A stretch of DNA of 64,000 nucleotides. It comes from an uncultured Gemmatimonadales bacterium (GTDB lineage Bacteria > Gemmatimonadota > Gemmatimonadetes > Gemmatimonadales > GWC2-71-9). Position 1 is the stretch's first letter. Every line of letters starts with the position of its first letter. Made by a program: the position numbers and the translations under genes. The stretch is taken from assembly GCA_963771275.1 (NCBI GenBank), contig CAVYSW010000011.1, positions 64,001-128,000 on the forward strand. Direction: 5' to 3'. Of the stretch, positions 9,340 to 18,249 are shown piece by piece. Below the pieces are notes generated by a model. That model was not told the origin of the DNA. It saw only the letters and a program-made list of their open reading frames with translations, and did no database searches.

Positions 9340-10847
9340 CGGATCTCTACGGGGCCGGTCTGCGCAACCGCCGCGCGATCCCGTTCGGCGCCGTGCCGAT
9401 CGAGCCAGCCGAGCGCTTTCAGGTCACCGTCGGCGAGGCGCAGGCCGAAGGCGGACGCCTCGTGTCGCTGTTTGGCCTTCCGCACGACGCCGACCAGGTC
9501 CGGCTGGTGGCCATCGTGGCCGACGACGCCGCCGGCCGGTTGGGCGTCACGTCGGCGATCGTGGGTCGGGCCTACCCCGCCCTGACCCCGCTCTGCCCGC
9601 AGGCCGAGCGGTTCGAGCGGGAGATCTGGGAACAATGCGGGGTGGTGCCGGAACGGCATCCCGCTCTCAAGCCGGTTCGGCGCCACCCGCCGGATCATGC
9701 CCCGGCAGCCTGGGCCCTGAGCCCACCCGACCGGGAGGCCTATCCGTTCGACCGCCTCGACGGCGAGGAGGTGCACGAGGTCGCCGTCGGCCCGGTACAC
9801 GCCGGGATTATCGAGCCGGGACATTTCCGGTTCCAGGCACACGGCGAGCGGGTCCTCCAGCTGGAGATCGTGCTGGGTTACCAGCACCGGGGCGTGGAGC
9901 GCCTGCTCGAGACGGCGGAGCGGGCGCGGGCCGTCCTCGTGGCGGAGTCCGTCGCCGGCGACACGGTGGTGGGACACGCGGATGCCCACTGCGGGGCGTT
10001 GGAAGCGTTGGCCCGGTGTCGCAAGACCCCGCGCGCCCAGACCATCCGGGGGATCGCGCTGGAGCTCGAGCGCCTCGCAAACCATCTCGGGGACCTCGGC
10101 GCACTGGCCGGCGACATCGCCTATCAGCCGGGCGCCGCCTATTTCGGCCGGCTGCGCGGCGAATGCCTCAACCTCTTGATGGCGCTGTCGGGGAATCGCT
10201 ACGGCCGCGGCCTGCTCCGCCCGGGCGGCGTGACGTTCGACCTCACACCGGGCCTGGTGGACGAGCTGCGCGACCGGCTGATCCAGCTATCGGAGCGGGC
10301 GCGACCGGTCGCGCGGATGATGCTCTCCGACGCCTCCGTGCAGGCGCGGCTCGAGGGCGTGGGGGTGGTGGACCGATTGCTGGCGGAGCGGCAGGGCCTC
10401 GTGGGACCGGTCGCGCGCGCGTGCGAGGTCCCGCGCGACGTACGACACGACCACCCATGGGGCGTGTTTCGCTTCGCGCACATCCCCGTGTCCACCTCCT
10501 GGGCCGGCGACGTGTTCGCGCGGGCCTACGTCCGATGGCTCGAAGTCCAACGCTCACTGGAGTTCCTCGGGGACCAGCTCGGCAGCATTCCCAAGAGCGC
10601 CCCGCGCGTCCCGGTGGCCGGCCTGCGGCCGGACGAGATCGCGGTCGCGTTGGTGGAGGGCTGGCGGGGGGAGATCGCGCACGTGGTCATCACGGATGAC
10701 CGGGGCGGCATTCGCCGCTACAAGGTGACGGATCCGTCGTTCCGCAATTGGCCCGCGCTCGCCGCCGCCATGGCGGGCAACGAGATGTCCGACTTTCCGC
10801 TGTGCAACAAGAGCTTCAATCTGTCCTACGCGGGGCACGACCTGTGA
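9336..10847 (+). CDS. Ehr large subunit (HycE/HyfG-like, NuoC-D fusion) lacking NiFe ligands
   Basis: VAVGPVHAGIIEPGHFRF, LGYQHRGVE, ELERLANH, EGWRGE, DPSFRNW. C-terminus DFPLCNKSFNLSYAGHDL has no DPCxxC. Confidence 0.88.
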   Translation: MTDLYGAGLRNRRAIPFGAVPIEPAERFQVTVGEAQAEGGRLVSLFGLPHDADQVRLVAIVADDAAGRLGVTSAIVGRAYPALTPLCPQAERFEREIWEQCGVVPERHPALKPVRRHPPDHAPAAWALSPPDREAYPFDRLDGEEVHEVAVGPVHAGIIEPGHFRFQAHGERVLQLEIVLGYQHRGVERLLETAERARAVLVAESVAGDTVVGHADAHCGALEALARCRKTPRAQTIRGIALELERLANHLGDLGALAGDIAYQPGAAYFGRLRGECLNLLMALSGNRYGRGLLRPGGVTFDLTPGLVDELRDRLIQLSERARPVARMMLSDASVQARLEGVGVVDRLLAERQGLVGPVARACEVPRDVRHDHPWGVFRFAHIPVSTSWAGDVFARAYVRWLEVQRSLEFLGDQLGSIPKSAPRVPVAGLRPDEIAVALVEGWRGEIAHVVITDDRGGIRRYKVTDPSFRNWPALAAAMAGNEMSDFPLCNKSFNLSYAGHDL

Positions 10848-10856
10848 GGCCGACGG

Positions 10857-11630
10857 ATGCTTGAGCTGCTGCGAACCCGCCTGGCCCAGGGCACCGCCAC
10901 CTCGCCGTTCCCGAACGGCCCGACGGTATTCCCGGAGCGATTTCGGGGACGGCCGACGCTCGATGTCGCCCGCTGCCCAAGCGGCTGCCGCGACTGTGCG
11001 GCGCGCGCCCCCTCGGGCCTGATCACCGTTGGCCCCGACGGCGCCGCACGACTCGATGTCGGCGCCTGCCTGTTCGCTCCGGAAGAGGCCGAGGCGTGTC
11101 CGCATGGCGCCATACGGTTCACCGGGGACTTCGCCATGGGAGCGCGCTCGCGGGACGATCTGGTCACGGAGACCGGCGCGCTTCGTCTGGCGCGGCAGCT
11201 CGACGGGGCGGCGCGCCGGCTGTTCGGCCGCTCGCTGCGGCTGCGCTCGGTGGCGGCCGGCAGCTGCAACGGCTGCGAGGCGGAGCTCGTGGCCCTCGGG
11301 AACGTGGTGTTCGACATGGCCCGGTTCGGCGTCCAGTTCGTGGCCTCACCGCGGCACGCCGACGGCATCGTGCTGACCGGCGCGGTGAGCCGCAACATGC
11401 ATGAGGCGCTGCGCAAGACGTACGAGGCGACGCCCGCGCCCAAGCTGGTGATCGCCGTCGGCGCGTGCGCCATCAACGGCGGCCCGTTCCGGGGAAGCGC
11501 GGAAGTGCTGAATGGGGCCCCCCCCGAGCTCCCGGTGGATCTCTGGATTCCGGGCTGCCCGCCCCATCCGCTCACTACGCTGGATGCGCTGCTGCGACTG
11601 CTCGGCCGCCTGGACGGCGGCCAACGCTAG
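10857..11630 (+). CDS. Ehr small subunit (HyfI/NuoB-like) with N-terminal ferredoxin-like domain
   Basis: GSCNGCEAE, FVASPRHAD, VGACA, IPGCPPHP; N-terminal RFRGRP..CPSGCRDC. Confidence 0.88.
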   Translation: MLELLRTRLAQGTATSPFPNGPTVFPERFRGRPTLDVARCPSGCRDCAARAPSGLITVGPDGAARLDVGACLFAPEEAEACPHGAIRFTGDFAMGARSRDDLVTETGALRLARQLDGAARRLFGRSLRLRSVAAGSCNGCEAELVALGNVVFDMARFGVQFVASPRHADGIVLTGAVSRNMHEALRKTYEATPAPKLVIAVGACAINGGPFRGSAEVLNGAPPELPVDLWIPGCPPHPLTTLDALLRLLGRLDGGQR

Positions 11631-11636
11631 GGGCTG

Positions 11637-12122
11637 CTACACGCCGGCCAGCCGCGCCAGCTCCTCCTGCAGCGCCTCCAGAACCGTGTCCTTCTCCCGC
11701 AGGGCTTTCCGCTGCTCGGCCAGGCTGTGCTCCGCGGCCGCAACGGCCCGACGCAGGACGTGCACCGCATCCACCTCATGCGCCACCTGGCGACGCAGGC
11801 GTCGCGCACGATCCTCGGTACTTTGAAGCCAGCGCCGCGCGGCTGCGACGCGAAGGGCAGCCTCATCAGCTGCGCGTTGCGCCCCGTGCTTCCGCTCCGT
11901 CCACGCCGCCCGCTCGTCACGTAGCCGATCGAGCGTCCGCTGGAGGGCCGACGATGGAGCGCGGCCCTGGGACTCCTCCCATGCGCGTCGCAGTTCGGCT
12001 TCCACGTTCCGAGCGGCACGCGCGGCCGTGGCCGCTTGGTCGAATGCCGTTCGCAGCACGGCTTCGGCTGCGTCGAGTTCCGCGTGATACTGCCCGAGCA
12101 ACGACGTCGCATGCCCAGGCAT
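11637..12122 (-). CDS. Hypothetical coiled-coil protein
   Basis: About 161 aa Ala/Arg/Glu/Leu-rich helical ORF filling the gap downstream of the second HTH-EIIA gene. Confidence 0.55.
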   Translation of the reverse strand: MPGHATSLLGQYHAELDAAEAVLRTAFDQAATAARAARNVEAELRRAWEESQGRAPSSALQRTLDRLRDERAAWTERKHGAQRAADEAALRVAAARRWLQSTEDRARRLRRQVAHEVDAVHVLRRAVAAAEHSLAEQRKALREKDTVLEALQEELARLAGV

Positions 12123-12206
12123 GGAGACCGGGATTGCCGGCGCGTCGCCCTCGCACCGACTCCTCGCGATGCCGCTTGACACAGTCGTACCGCAGTCCTG
12201 GGGAGT

Positions 12207-12923
12207 CTAGGCGCTGGCAGCCGGCCGCGCTTCGCTGAGTCTGCGCTCGGCCGCCACCAGGACGTCGTACATCGCCTCCGGGCTGGGTGCCGTGAGTAGA
12301 TCCGCCGCGGCTTCGGGGCTTGCGAGCATGCGCGCGAGCTTGGTCAGCCAGGGGAGGTGTAGCTCCTGATAGCGCAGGCCGAGCACGAAGAACAGGTGGG
12401 TAGGCATCCCATCCAGCGCGTGAAAGTCCACCCCAGCGCGCGATCGACCGAGCACCATGAACGGGCGCAGCACCTGATCGGGGTGCCGATACAGAGTGTG
12501 CAGGAAGGCAATCCCGTTGCCGATCGCCGTCGGCATGATGTTCTCACGCTCTACGAGCGCCCCGACGAACCAACGTTTGTCCCGAATCAGCCCGAGCTTG
12601 GCGGCATGGTCCGCCAGTTCTTCGATGACCGCCGTCTTCGTCGTGCCCGCGAGCTCCGGCGCGACGTGCTTCGGCTCGAAGCAGCTTTCCAACCCGAGGA
12701 GCATCGGGACCGCATCAGGCGCGCGAGGCACCTCCACGTAGCGTCGGCTGATCCCGAGCATCTGGTCGTCCAGCCACGCATCAATCATGGCCTTCCGGAA
12801 CCGCCATTGGTTACCCACCCGCACGGCTGGCAGCGGCCCCTGCGCGGCGAGCTTCAGCACGGTTCGCTCGTTCAGCTTGAGGTACGCCGCGAGTTCTCGG
12901 ACCGTCATCAGGCGATCATCCAT
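12207..12923 (-). CDS. Second excisionase-like HTH - PTS EIIA fusion protein
   Basis: LMTVRELAAYLKLNERTVLKLA..LPAVRVGNQWRF; RENIMPTAIGNGIAFLH; GVDFHALDG. GGAGG RBS before ATG 12923. Confidence 0.88.
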   Translation of the reverse strand: MDDRLMTVRELAAYLKLNERTVLKLAAQGPLPAVRVGNQWRFRKAMIDAWLDDQMLGISRRYVEVPRAPDAVPMLLGLESCFEPKHVAPELAGTTKTAVIEELADHAAKLGLIRDKRWFVGALVERENIMPTAIGNGIAFLHTLYRHPDQVLRPFMVLGRSRAGVDFHALDGMPTHLFFVLGLRYQELHLPWLTKLARMLASPEAAADLLTAPSPEAMYDVLVAAERRLSEARPAASA

Positions 12924-12987
12924 TGTCCTCCCCGAGACCTCCCGCTGGTGGCGCCGAGCCCGGCGAATGACCGACCGGGGCTGATTC

Positions 12988-13015
12988 TTGACACGCAGAC
13001 ACACCAATATATACT
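12988..13015 (+). promoter_or_regulatory. Near-consensus sigma70 promoter in an AT-rich island
   Basis: TTGACA (12988-12993), 16 bp spacer, TATACT (13010-13015); GGAGGT RBS and ATG at 13111 downstream. Confidence 0.65.
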
Positions 13016-13110
13016 TCAAAATATCCAAAAGTACATAGTAATACTGTAATTGACTGTGATATTCTGTAGTAGTACTAGGCACTTCCATATATTACGCCAC
13101 TGGAGGTAAC

Positions 13111-13288
13111 ATGTCATCCCAGAACCAGCAACCGCTCCTCGAAGACCCCACAGCCGCCCCCAAAGCCGGGGCAGCCCCCCAAGCCAGGTCAGCCTCCGAA
13201 GCCGAGTCAGCCTCCGAAGCCGGGAGCTCCGGGTACCGGTCCGACTGGACCCAAGCCGGGGCCGGCCCAGTCCCCCGCCAAGCCGTAG
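13111..13288 (+). CDS. Small Pro/Gln/Lys-rich repeat peptide (QPPKPG x4), apparently +1 frameshifted near 13135-13141; alternatively the unshifted 88-aa ORF to 13377
   Basis: Strong RBS and ATG. In the 18-nt repeats, variation is mostly synonymous in the +1 frame, which ends at TAG 13286-13288. Confidence 0.45.
13151..13225 (+). repeat. Tandem 18-nt coding repeat, CAGCCnCCnAAGCCnGGn x4
   Basis: cagccgcccccaaagccgggg / cagccccccaagccaggt / cagcctccgaagccgagt / cagcctccgaagccggga. Confidence 0.8.
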
Positions 13289-13373
13289 GAGTCGTTGACT
13301 TTGGTCCCTCACGGACGCCTCCAGCCACCACACGTCGCGTCGATCGCGCGAGATCTCGGCCCAGGGGGCGCGT

Positions 13374-14051
13374 GTGAGTAGGCCACAGGCAGCGCGTTGC
13401 GACGAACCGCGCAGAACCGCGGCTGGCGCTCCAGGCCATGCGACCCTCAGCCAGGCCGATCTCTGGGACCGGCTGGGGGCCGCATACGTCGAGCTCTGGC
13501 GGCAGCGTGAGACGACCGCAGCTGACCCCATGGCGATGGCCGTGGCTGGGCATGTTCGCCTCGCGATGACGCAAGGCGAACCGACTCCTGGCGGCCCTGG
13601 GGACGAAATCGACGACTCCCGGCCGGTGGACCCGAGGGTTCAGGAGTGGGCCGTTCGGGCAGGCTGCCTGCTCGCGAGCGACGGGGCGCCGGCGAAGCCC
13701 GTGCGGTTTGACCGGCTTCGCGCCCGGCTCGTGGCGCACGGGTTCAATCGGGCGGAGGCCTGGGATCTGTGTGTCGCCCTTCGTCGGGCCGGCGTGATCC
13801 ACAGCGAGCCCGACCGCCCCTATCTCAATGGCCCGGGCCAGCGTCTTGCGGACCGGCTACTGTCCACCACCGGGCTGCGAGCGCGATCGGCCGAGGATCT
13901 CGAGGCTGGGCTGATGATCGCCGGCGAGACGCGTCTCGCCTCCATTGCGCCCGGCCGGCGCCTCGATGCCGAGGTGCTCACAGAGGCGTGCCGGCAGCTG
14001 GGAAGAGCCATCGCACTCGGTCACCGGGCATCAGCGCGGCCGGGGGACTGA
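13374..14051 (+). CDS. Hypothetical protein
   Basis: 225-aa ORF filling the gap, with globular-like composition; overlaps the convergent gene by 31 bp. No motif recognised. Confidence 0.45.
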   Translation: MSRPQAARCDEPRRTAAGAPGHATLSQADLWDRLGAAYVELWRQRETTAADPMAMAVAGHVRLAMTQGEPTPGGPGDEIDDSRPVDPRVQEWAVRAGCLLASDGAPAKPVRFDRLRARLVAHGFNRAEAWDLCVALRRAGVIHSEPDRPYLNGPGQRLADRLLSTTGLRARSAEDLEAGLMIAGETRLASIAPGRRLDAEVLTEACRQLGRAIALGHRASARPGD

Positions 14052-15199
14052 TCTCCCCGTTTCTCCCTGTCCGTCCCCGGCCCCAACACCTCCCCCAGCG
14101 CCTCCAGCAGCCTATCGACCACCAGCGGCGTCGCGTTGGTGCCCATCAGCCCAACGCGCCAGACCTTACCCTTGAGCGCGCCGAAGCCCCCGCCGATCTC
14201 GATGCCGCGCTCGAGCAGCGCTTTGCGCACGGCGAGGTCGTCCACCCCGTTGGGGACGCGGACCACGTTGAGCATCGGCAGCCGGTGAGCGGCGGGGGTG
14301 AACAGCGAGATGCCGAGCCGCTCGAGACCGCGCACCAGTCGCTCGTGCGCCGCCCGGTGGCGGGCGAAGCGCGCCGCGAGCCCCTCCGCCAAGATCAGCC
14401 GCAGCGCCTCGTGGAAGCCGTAGATGTTGGCGACCGGCGCCGTGTGATGGAACGCCCGCGCGCGCGGCCCCCCCTGGTCACCCCAGTACTGGAACAGCAG
14501 CTGGAGATCGAAGTACCACGTCGCGGCCGGCGTCTTGCGCCGCGCGATCGCGGCCATGGCGCGCGGCCCAAGTGTCACGGGGCCCAGTCCCGGCGGCGCG
14601 CCGAGGCATTTCTGGGAGCAGGAGCCGGCGGCATCGATCAGCCAGGCATCGGTCTCGACCGGCATGCCCCCCAGCGAGGTGACGCAGTCCACCATGAAGA
14701 GCGCGTCGTGCGCCCGCACCATCCGGCCGATGGCCTCGAGTGGCTGCGCGGCACCGGTGGAGGTTTCCGCATGCACCAGCGCCACCAGCTTCGGGCGCCC
14801 GCGCGTGAGCTCGTCCGCGATCCGCTCGGGCGCGATCACCTCGCCGTACGGCGCGTCGATCCGGCGCACCCGGGCGCCCGCGCGTTCGGCCAGCTCCACC
14901 AGGCGCTGGCCGAAATAGCCGATCACGCCGACGATCACCTCGTCTCCCGGCTCGACGAGGTTGAACATGATCGCTTCGAGCCCGGCGGTGCCGGTGCCGG
15001 ACATCGGGATGGTGTGATGATTGGTCGTCCCGAACACGGTCCGGAGATCGGCCATGGTTTCGTCCATGACCGTGAGGAAGTACGGATCGAGGTGGCCGAC
15101 CAGCGGTGCCGCCATCGCGGCGCTCACCACGGGATCGGGGTTCGACGGTCCGGGACCGAGCAGGAGGCGGTCCGGGGGACTGAGTACATTACGGGACAT
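14021..15199 (-). CDS. Alanine-glyoxylate/serine-pyruvate aminotransferase (class V PLP)
   Basis: LLLGPGPS, SGTGTAGLE, VHAETSTG, VDCVTSLGG, SQKCLGAPPGL (PLP Lys), HHTAP. Confidence 0.93.
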   Translation of the reverse strand: MSRNVLSPPDRLLLGPGPSNPDPVVSAAMAAPLVGHLDPYFLTVMDETMADLRTVFGTTNHHTIPMSGTGTAGLEAIMFNLVEPGDEVIVGVIGYFGQRLVELAERAGARVRRIDAPYGEVIAPERIADELTRGRPKLVALVHAETSTGAAQPLEAIGRMVRAHDALFMVDCVTSLGGMPVETDAWLIDAAGSCSQKCLGAPPGLGPVTLGPRAMAAIARRKTPAATWYFDLQLLFQYWGDQGGPRARAFHHTAPVANIYGFHEALRLILAEGLAARFARHRAAHERLVRGLERLGISLFTPAAHRLPMLNVVRVPNGVDDLAVRKALLERGIEIGGGFGALKGKVWRVGLMGTNATPLVVDRLLEALGEVLGPGTDREKRGDQSPGRADAR

Positions 15200-15290
15200 G
15201 GCGCGGTTCCCTGTTTTCGGTACGCGAGTACCAAAGGTACCGGGTTACCGCGCCGCTGAGCGACCCCAGCTATCGCAACCGGAGCGAGCC

Positions 15291-15800
15291 ATGCCGATGG
15301 TCTCCCTCACGGCGCTGCCCGACACGGCGCGCCTGTGGATCTTCGCCGCCGAGCGTGCGCTGTCGCTGGCCGAGCGGCAAGCCCTGCTCGCCGACGTCGA
15401 CGGCTTCCTCATGGCGTGGACGGCGCACGGCGTGCCGCTCACCTGCGGTCGCGACTGGCGGCACGAGCGGTTCCTCCTCGTCGCCGTCGACGAGGCCGCG
15501 GCCGGGGTCTCCGGCTGCTCGATCGACGCGCTCACGCGGAAGCTCCGCGAGCACGAGAAGACCCTCGGGCTCGCGCTGCTCGACAACGGGCCGGTGCTCT
15601 ACCGCGAGGGGAACGGGATCGCCCGCGTGCCACGCGGCCGGTTCCGCGCGCTGGCTGAAGTGGGCGCGGTCTCACCCGACACCGTGGTGTTCGACAACAC
15701 GGTGCAGTCGCTCGGCGCCCTGCGTGCCGGCCGGTGGGAGACCGTCGCCCGCGGCAGCTGGCACGGCCGGGCCTTCTTCGGCGAGGCGAGCGGGCGCTAG
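15291..15800 (+). CDS. Conserved hypothetical protein (RLWIF...WTAHG...SGCSID family)
   Basis: Motifs LPDTARLWIF, WTAHG, VDE..SGCSID, VFDNTV; GGAG RBS. Confidence 0.75.
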   Translation: MPMVSLTALPDTARLWIFAAERALSLAERQALLADVDGFLMAWTAHGVPLTCGRDWRHERFLLVAVDEAAAGVSGCSIDALTRKLREHEKTLGLALLDNGPVLYREGNGIARVPRGRFRALAEVGAVSPDTVVFDNTVQSLGALRAGRWETVARGSWHGRAFFGEASGR

Positions 15801-15871
15801 CCCCCGGGGATGCTGGCGCCGGGCATTTCCGGTGGCTAGTTTGGCGTTCGGTTCCCTCCTGGACTTGAGCC

Positions 15872-16993
15872 ATGCGTCGCCTCGCCCTCGTCGCCCTGGC
15901 CGCCTCGCTTTTCCCCTCCGCGCTGGCCGCGCAAGCCACACCGCGTCGCCCCAAGCTCCCGGCCGATGCGGACACCAACGACGCCCGTGCGTATTACGAC
16001 TGGTCGCGCGGCACGGTCACGGACTGGAAGAAGGTGCACGACGCCATCTGGTGGGCGCGGCGGCTCGACCCGGGCGACACGCGCTATCTGCTCGCCATGC
16101 AGGAGGCCCTGCTGGGCCGCCAGGGATACGAGTGGCAGATGGAGCGCCTTCAAGGCGCGACCTATGTGCTCAAGTCGCCGGAATCGCGCGCCATCGATTC
16201 GGTGGCGGCGGAGGTCGTGATCCACGACCCGTTCATTCGCTACGACGCGCCCTGCATGCTCGGGGAGGGCCTCGACCGGCTGCGCGACCGCCTGGAAGCG
16301 GGCATGACCCACTACAGCAACCTGTGTTGGCGTCAGGCCAACCAGGCGTTCGCCGAGGCCCTGGCGAAGAAACCCGGCCTGCTCGACGTGCATGTCTCGC
16401 GCGCGCGCGCGTTCTTTTTCCAGCAGCTGTACGACAGCACCATCGCCGAGCTCAACGTGGTCCTCGACTCGCTCCGCCAGCGGGACATCACGTACCTCAA
16501 CTTCTGGTACTACTCGAAGGCCGCGCTCGAGTACATGATCGGCATGACCGAGGAGCACCGGCAGCGTTGGGAGGCGGCCCGCGAGGCGTACGGACGGGCG
16601 CTGACGGAGGATCTCTCCTTCTACATGGCGCACGCGCACCTCGGCTGGGTGGCGCTCGAGCAGCACGACGTCAAGACCGCGCTGGCGGAGCTCGACCTGG
16701 CGGCCGGCCTCAAACCGGACGACGGGCTGCTCAGCCACGAGTATGGATACGCCCTGCTCGAGAACGACCGGGACGCGGATGCCGAGACGCAGCTCCGCGA
16801 GGCCATCCGCCTGGAGCCCTATTGGGCGCTCCCCCACTTCAACCTCGCGGTCGCGCTGGCCAAGCAGGGGAAGCGTGAGTTGGCGGTGGCCGAGTATGAG
16901 GCGTTCATCGCCCGCTGTCCCAAACGCATGGAATCTCAGGTCGCGGAGGCCCGCAGCCGGATTGCGACGCTCCGCGCCGGGCCCCCGCACTGA
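15872..16993 (+). CDS. Secreted tetratricopeptide-repeat protein
   Basis: Signal peptide ending ALAAQ; several TPR-like units (AREAYGRALTED, EAIRLEPYWALPHFNLA). Confidence 0.8.
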   Translation: MRRLALVALAASLFPSALAAQATPRRPKLPADADTNDARAYYDWSRGTVTDWKKVHDAIWWARRLDPGDTRYLLAMQEALLGRQGYEWQMERLQGATYVLKSPESRAIDSVAAEVVIHDPFIRYDAPCMLGEGLDRLRDRLEAGMTHYSNLCWRQANQAFAEALAKKPGLLDVHVSRARAFFFQQLYDSTIAELNVVLDSLRQRDITYLNFWYYSKAALEYMIGMTEEHRQRWEAAREAYGRALTEDLSFYMAHAHLGWVALEQHDVKTALAELDLAAGLKPDDGLLSHEYGYALLENDRDADAETQLREAIRLEPYWALPHFNLAVALAKQGKRELAVAEYEAFIARCPKRMESQVAEARSRIATLRAGPPH

Positions 16994-17061
16994 TGGGCGC
17001 TCGCTGGCGCCAGCCGGGACCGATCTGTAGGTTCGCCTCGCGTTCCTTCCGGGAGCCTGCC

Positions 17062-18175
17062 ATGCGCCGCCTCGCCCTCGTCGCTCTGGCCACCTCGCTT
17101 GCCGCCCCTGCCCTGTGGGCGCAATCAACGCCCCCCCGTCCGAAGCTCGCCGCCGACGCCGACACCAACGACGCCCGCGCGTACTATCGATGGGGCAACC
17201 AGCCCGACGTCGACTGGAAAAACACATACAACGCCTATTACTGGGCCCAGCGGCTTGCGCCCGGTGACATCACGTACCTTCGTGCGTTGTATGTCGCCTT
17301 CCTGAACCGTCACTCCTACTCGTGGCGGCGAGACTACGACAGGGGAGTCGCCAAAGTCGCCAAGTCGGACGATGCCCGCCTGCTCGACTCCCTGATCCTC
17401 GAGGTCGTCATGCGCGATCCGTACGGCGACCGGCGATCCACCTGCCTCTTTCTTGAGGAAGGCGAGCAACAGCGGGACCAGTACATGGTCGGCTACGTCC
17501 ACTACTCGAACGGCTGTTACCCCCAGGCCAATGCCGCCTTCGCGGAAGCCCTGCGCAAGGACGGCAGTCTCCTGCTGGCCCACCGCTATCGCGCGCGGAG
17601 CTTCTACTATCAGCAACAATACGACAGCACGGTCGCCGAGCTCAACGTCCTCATCGACTCGCTGCGCGCGCGCGATGAGAAGTACCTGATGCAGGTGTAC
17701 AACTCGAAGGCCATGTTCGAGTACATGATCGGGTTCGCGGAGGCGCACCGCCATCACTGGGCCCCAGCGCGCCAGGCGTACGAGCGGGCCCTTACGGAAG
17801 ACCTCTCGTTCTACATCGCGCACCAGCGGATGGCCGAGGCCGCGCTCGAGCAGACCGACGTCAAGACCGCCCTTTTGGAGTACGATCTCGCCGTCGGGCT
17901 CAAGCCGGACAACGGCGTGCTGCGGAACGACTACGGTCGTGCCCTGTACCTGGCCGGGCACGACGCGGAGGCCGAGGTCCAGCTCCGGGAAGCCATACGG
18001 CTCGAGCCGCATTGGGCGCTGCCCTACTACAACCTCGCGGCGGCGCTCGCGTCGCTCAAGCAAGACCGACGAGGCGATCGCCCAGTACGAAGCGTTCATC
18101 GCCCGCTGCCCCAAACGTCTCGAGTCCGAAGCCGCGGAGGCCCGCGGCCGGATCGCGAAACTGCGGGGACCCTGA
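17062..18175 (+). CDS. Secreted TPR protein, tandem paralog of the upstream gene; +1 frameshift near 18058-18061
   Basis: Shares MRRLALVALA, RPKLxADADTNDARAYY, QQxYDSTxAELNV. The C-terminus YEAFIARCPKR lies in the next frame. Confidence 0.75.
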
Positions 18176-18197
18176 CCTCGCCGTGACGGCCGGAGAC

Positions 18198-18232
18198 GCA
18201 ACGGGCCCGCGGCGCGCCGCGGGCCCCGTTGC
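18198..18232. terminator. GC-rich hairpin between convergent genes
   Basis: gcaacgggcccgcggc-gc-gccgcgggccccgttgc, one bulged base; no clear U-tract. Confidence 0.55.
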
Positions 18233-18249
18233 CACCGCGGTGCGGTGAA

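Noticed and set aside
4378..11630. Formate hydrogenlyase or group 4 [NiFe]-hydrogenase
   Set aside because: The large subunit lacks both Ni-binding CxxC motifs, and there are no fdh or hyp genes nearby.
3686..12923. Prophage or integrative element suggested by the excisionase-like HTH domains
   Set aside because: The HTHs are fused to EIIA domains; no integrase, att repeats or phage genes were seen.
13151..13225. Possible CRISPR array
   Set aside because: The 18-nt units are contiguous without spacers, vary like codons, and no cas genes are present.
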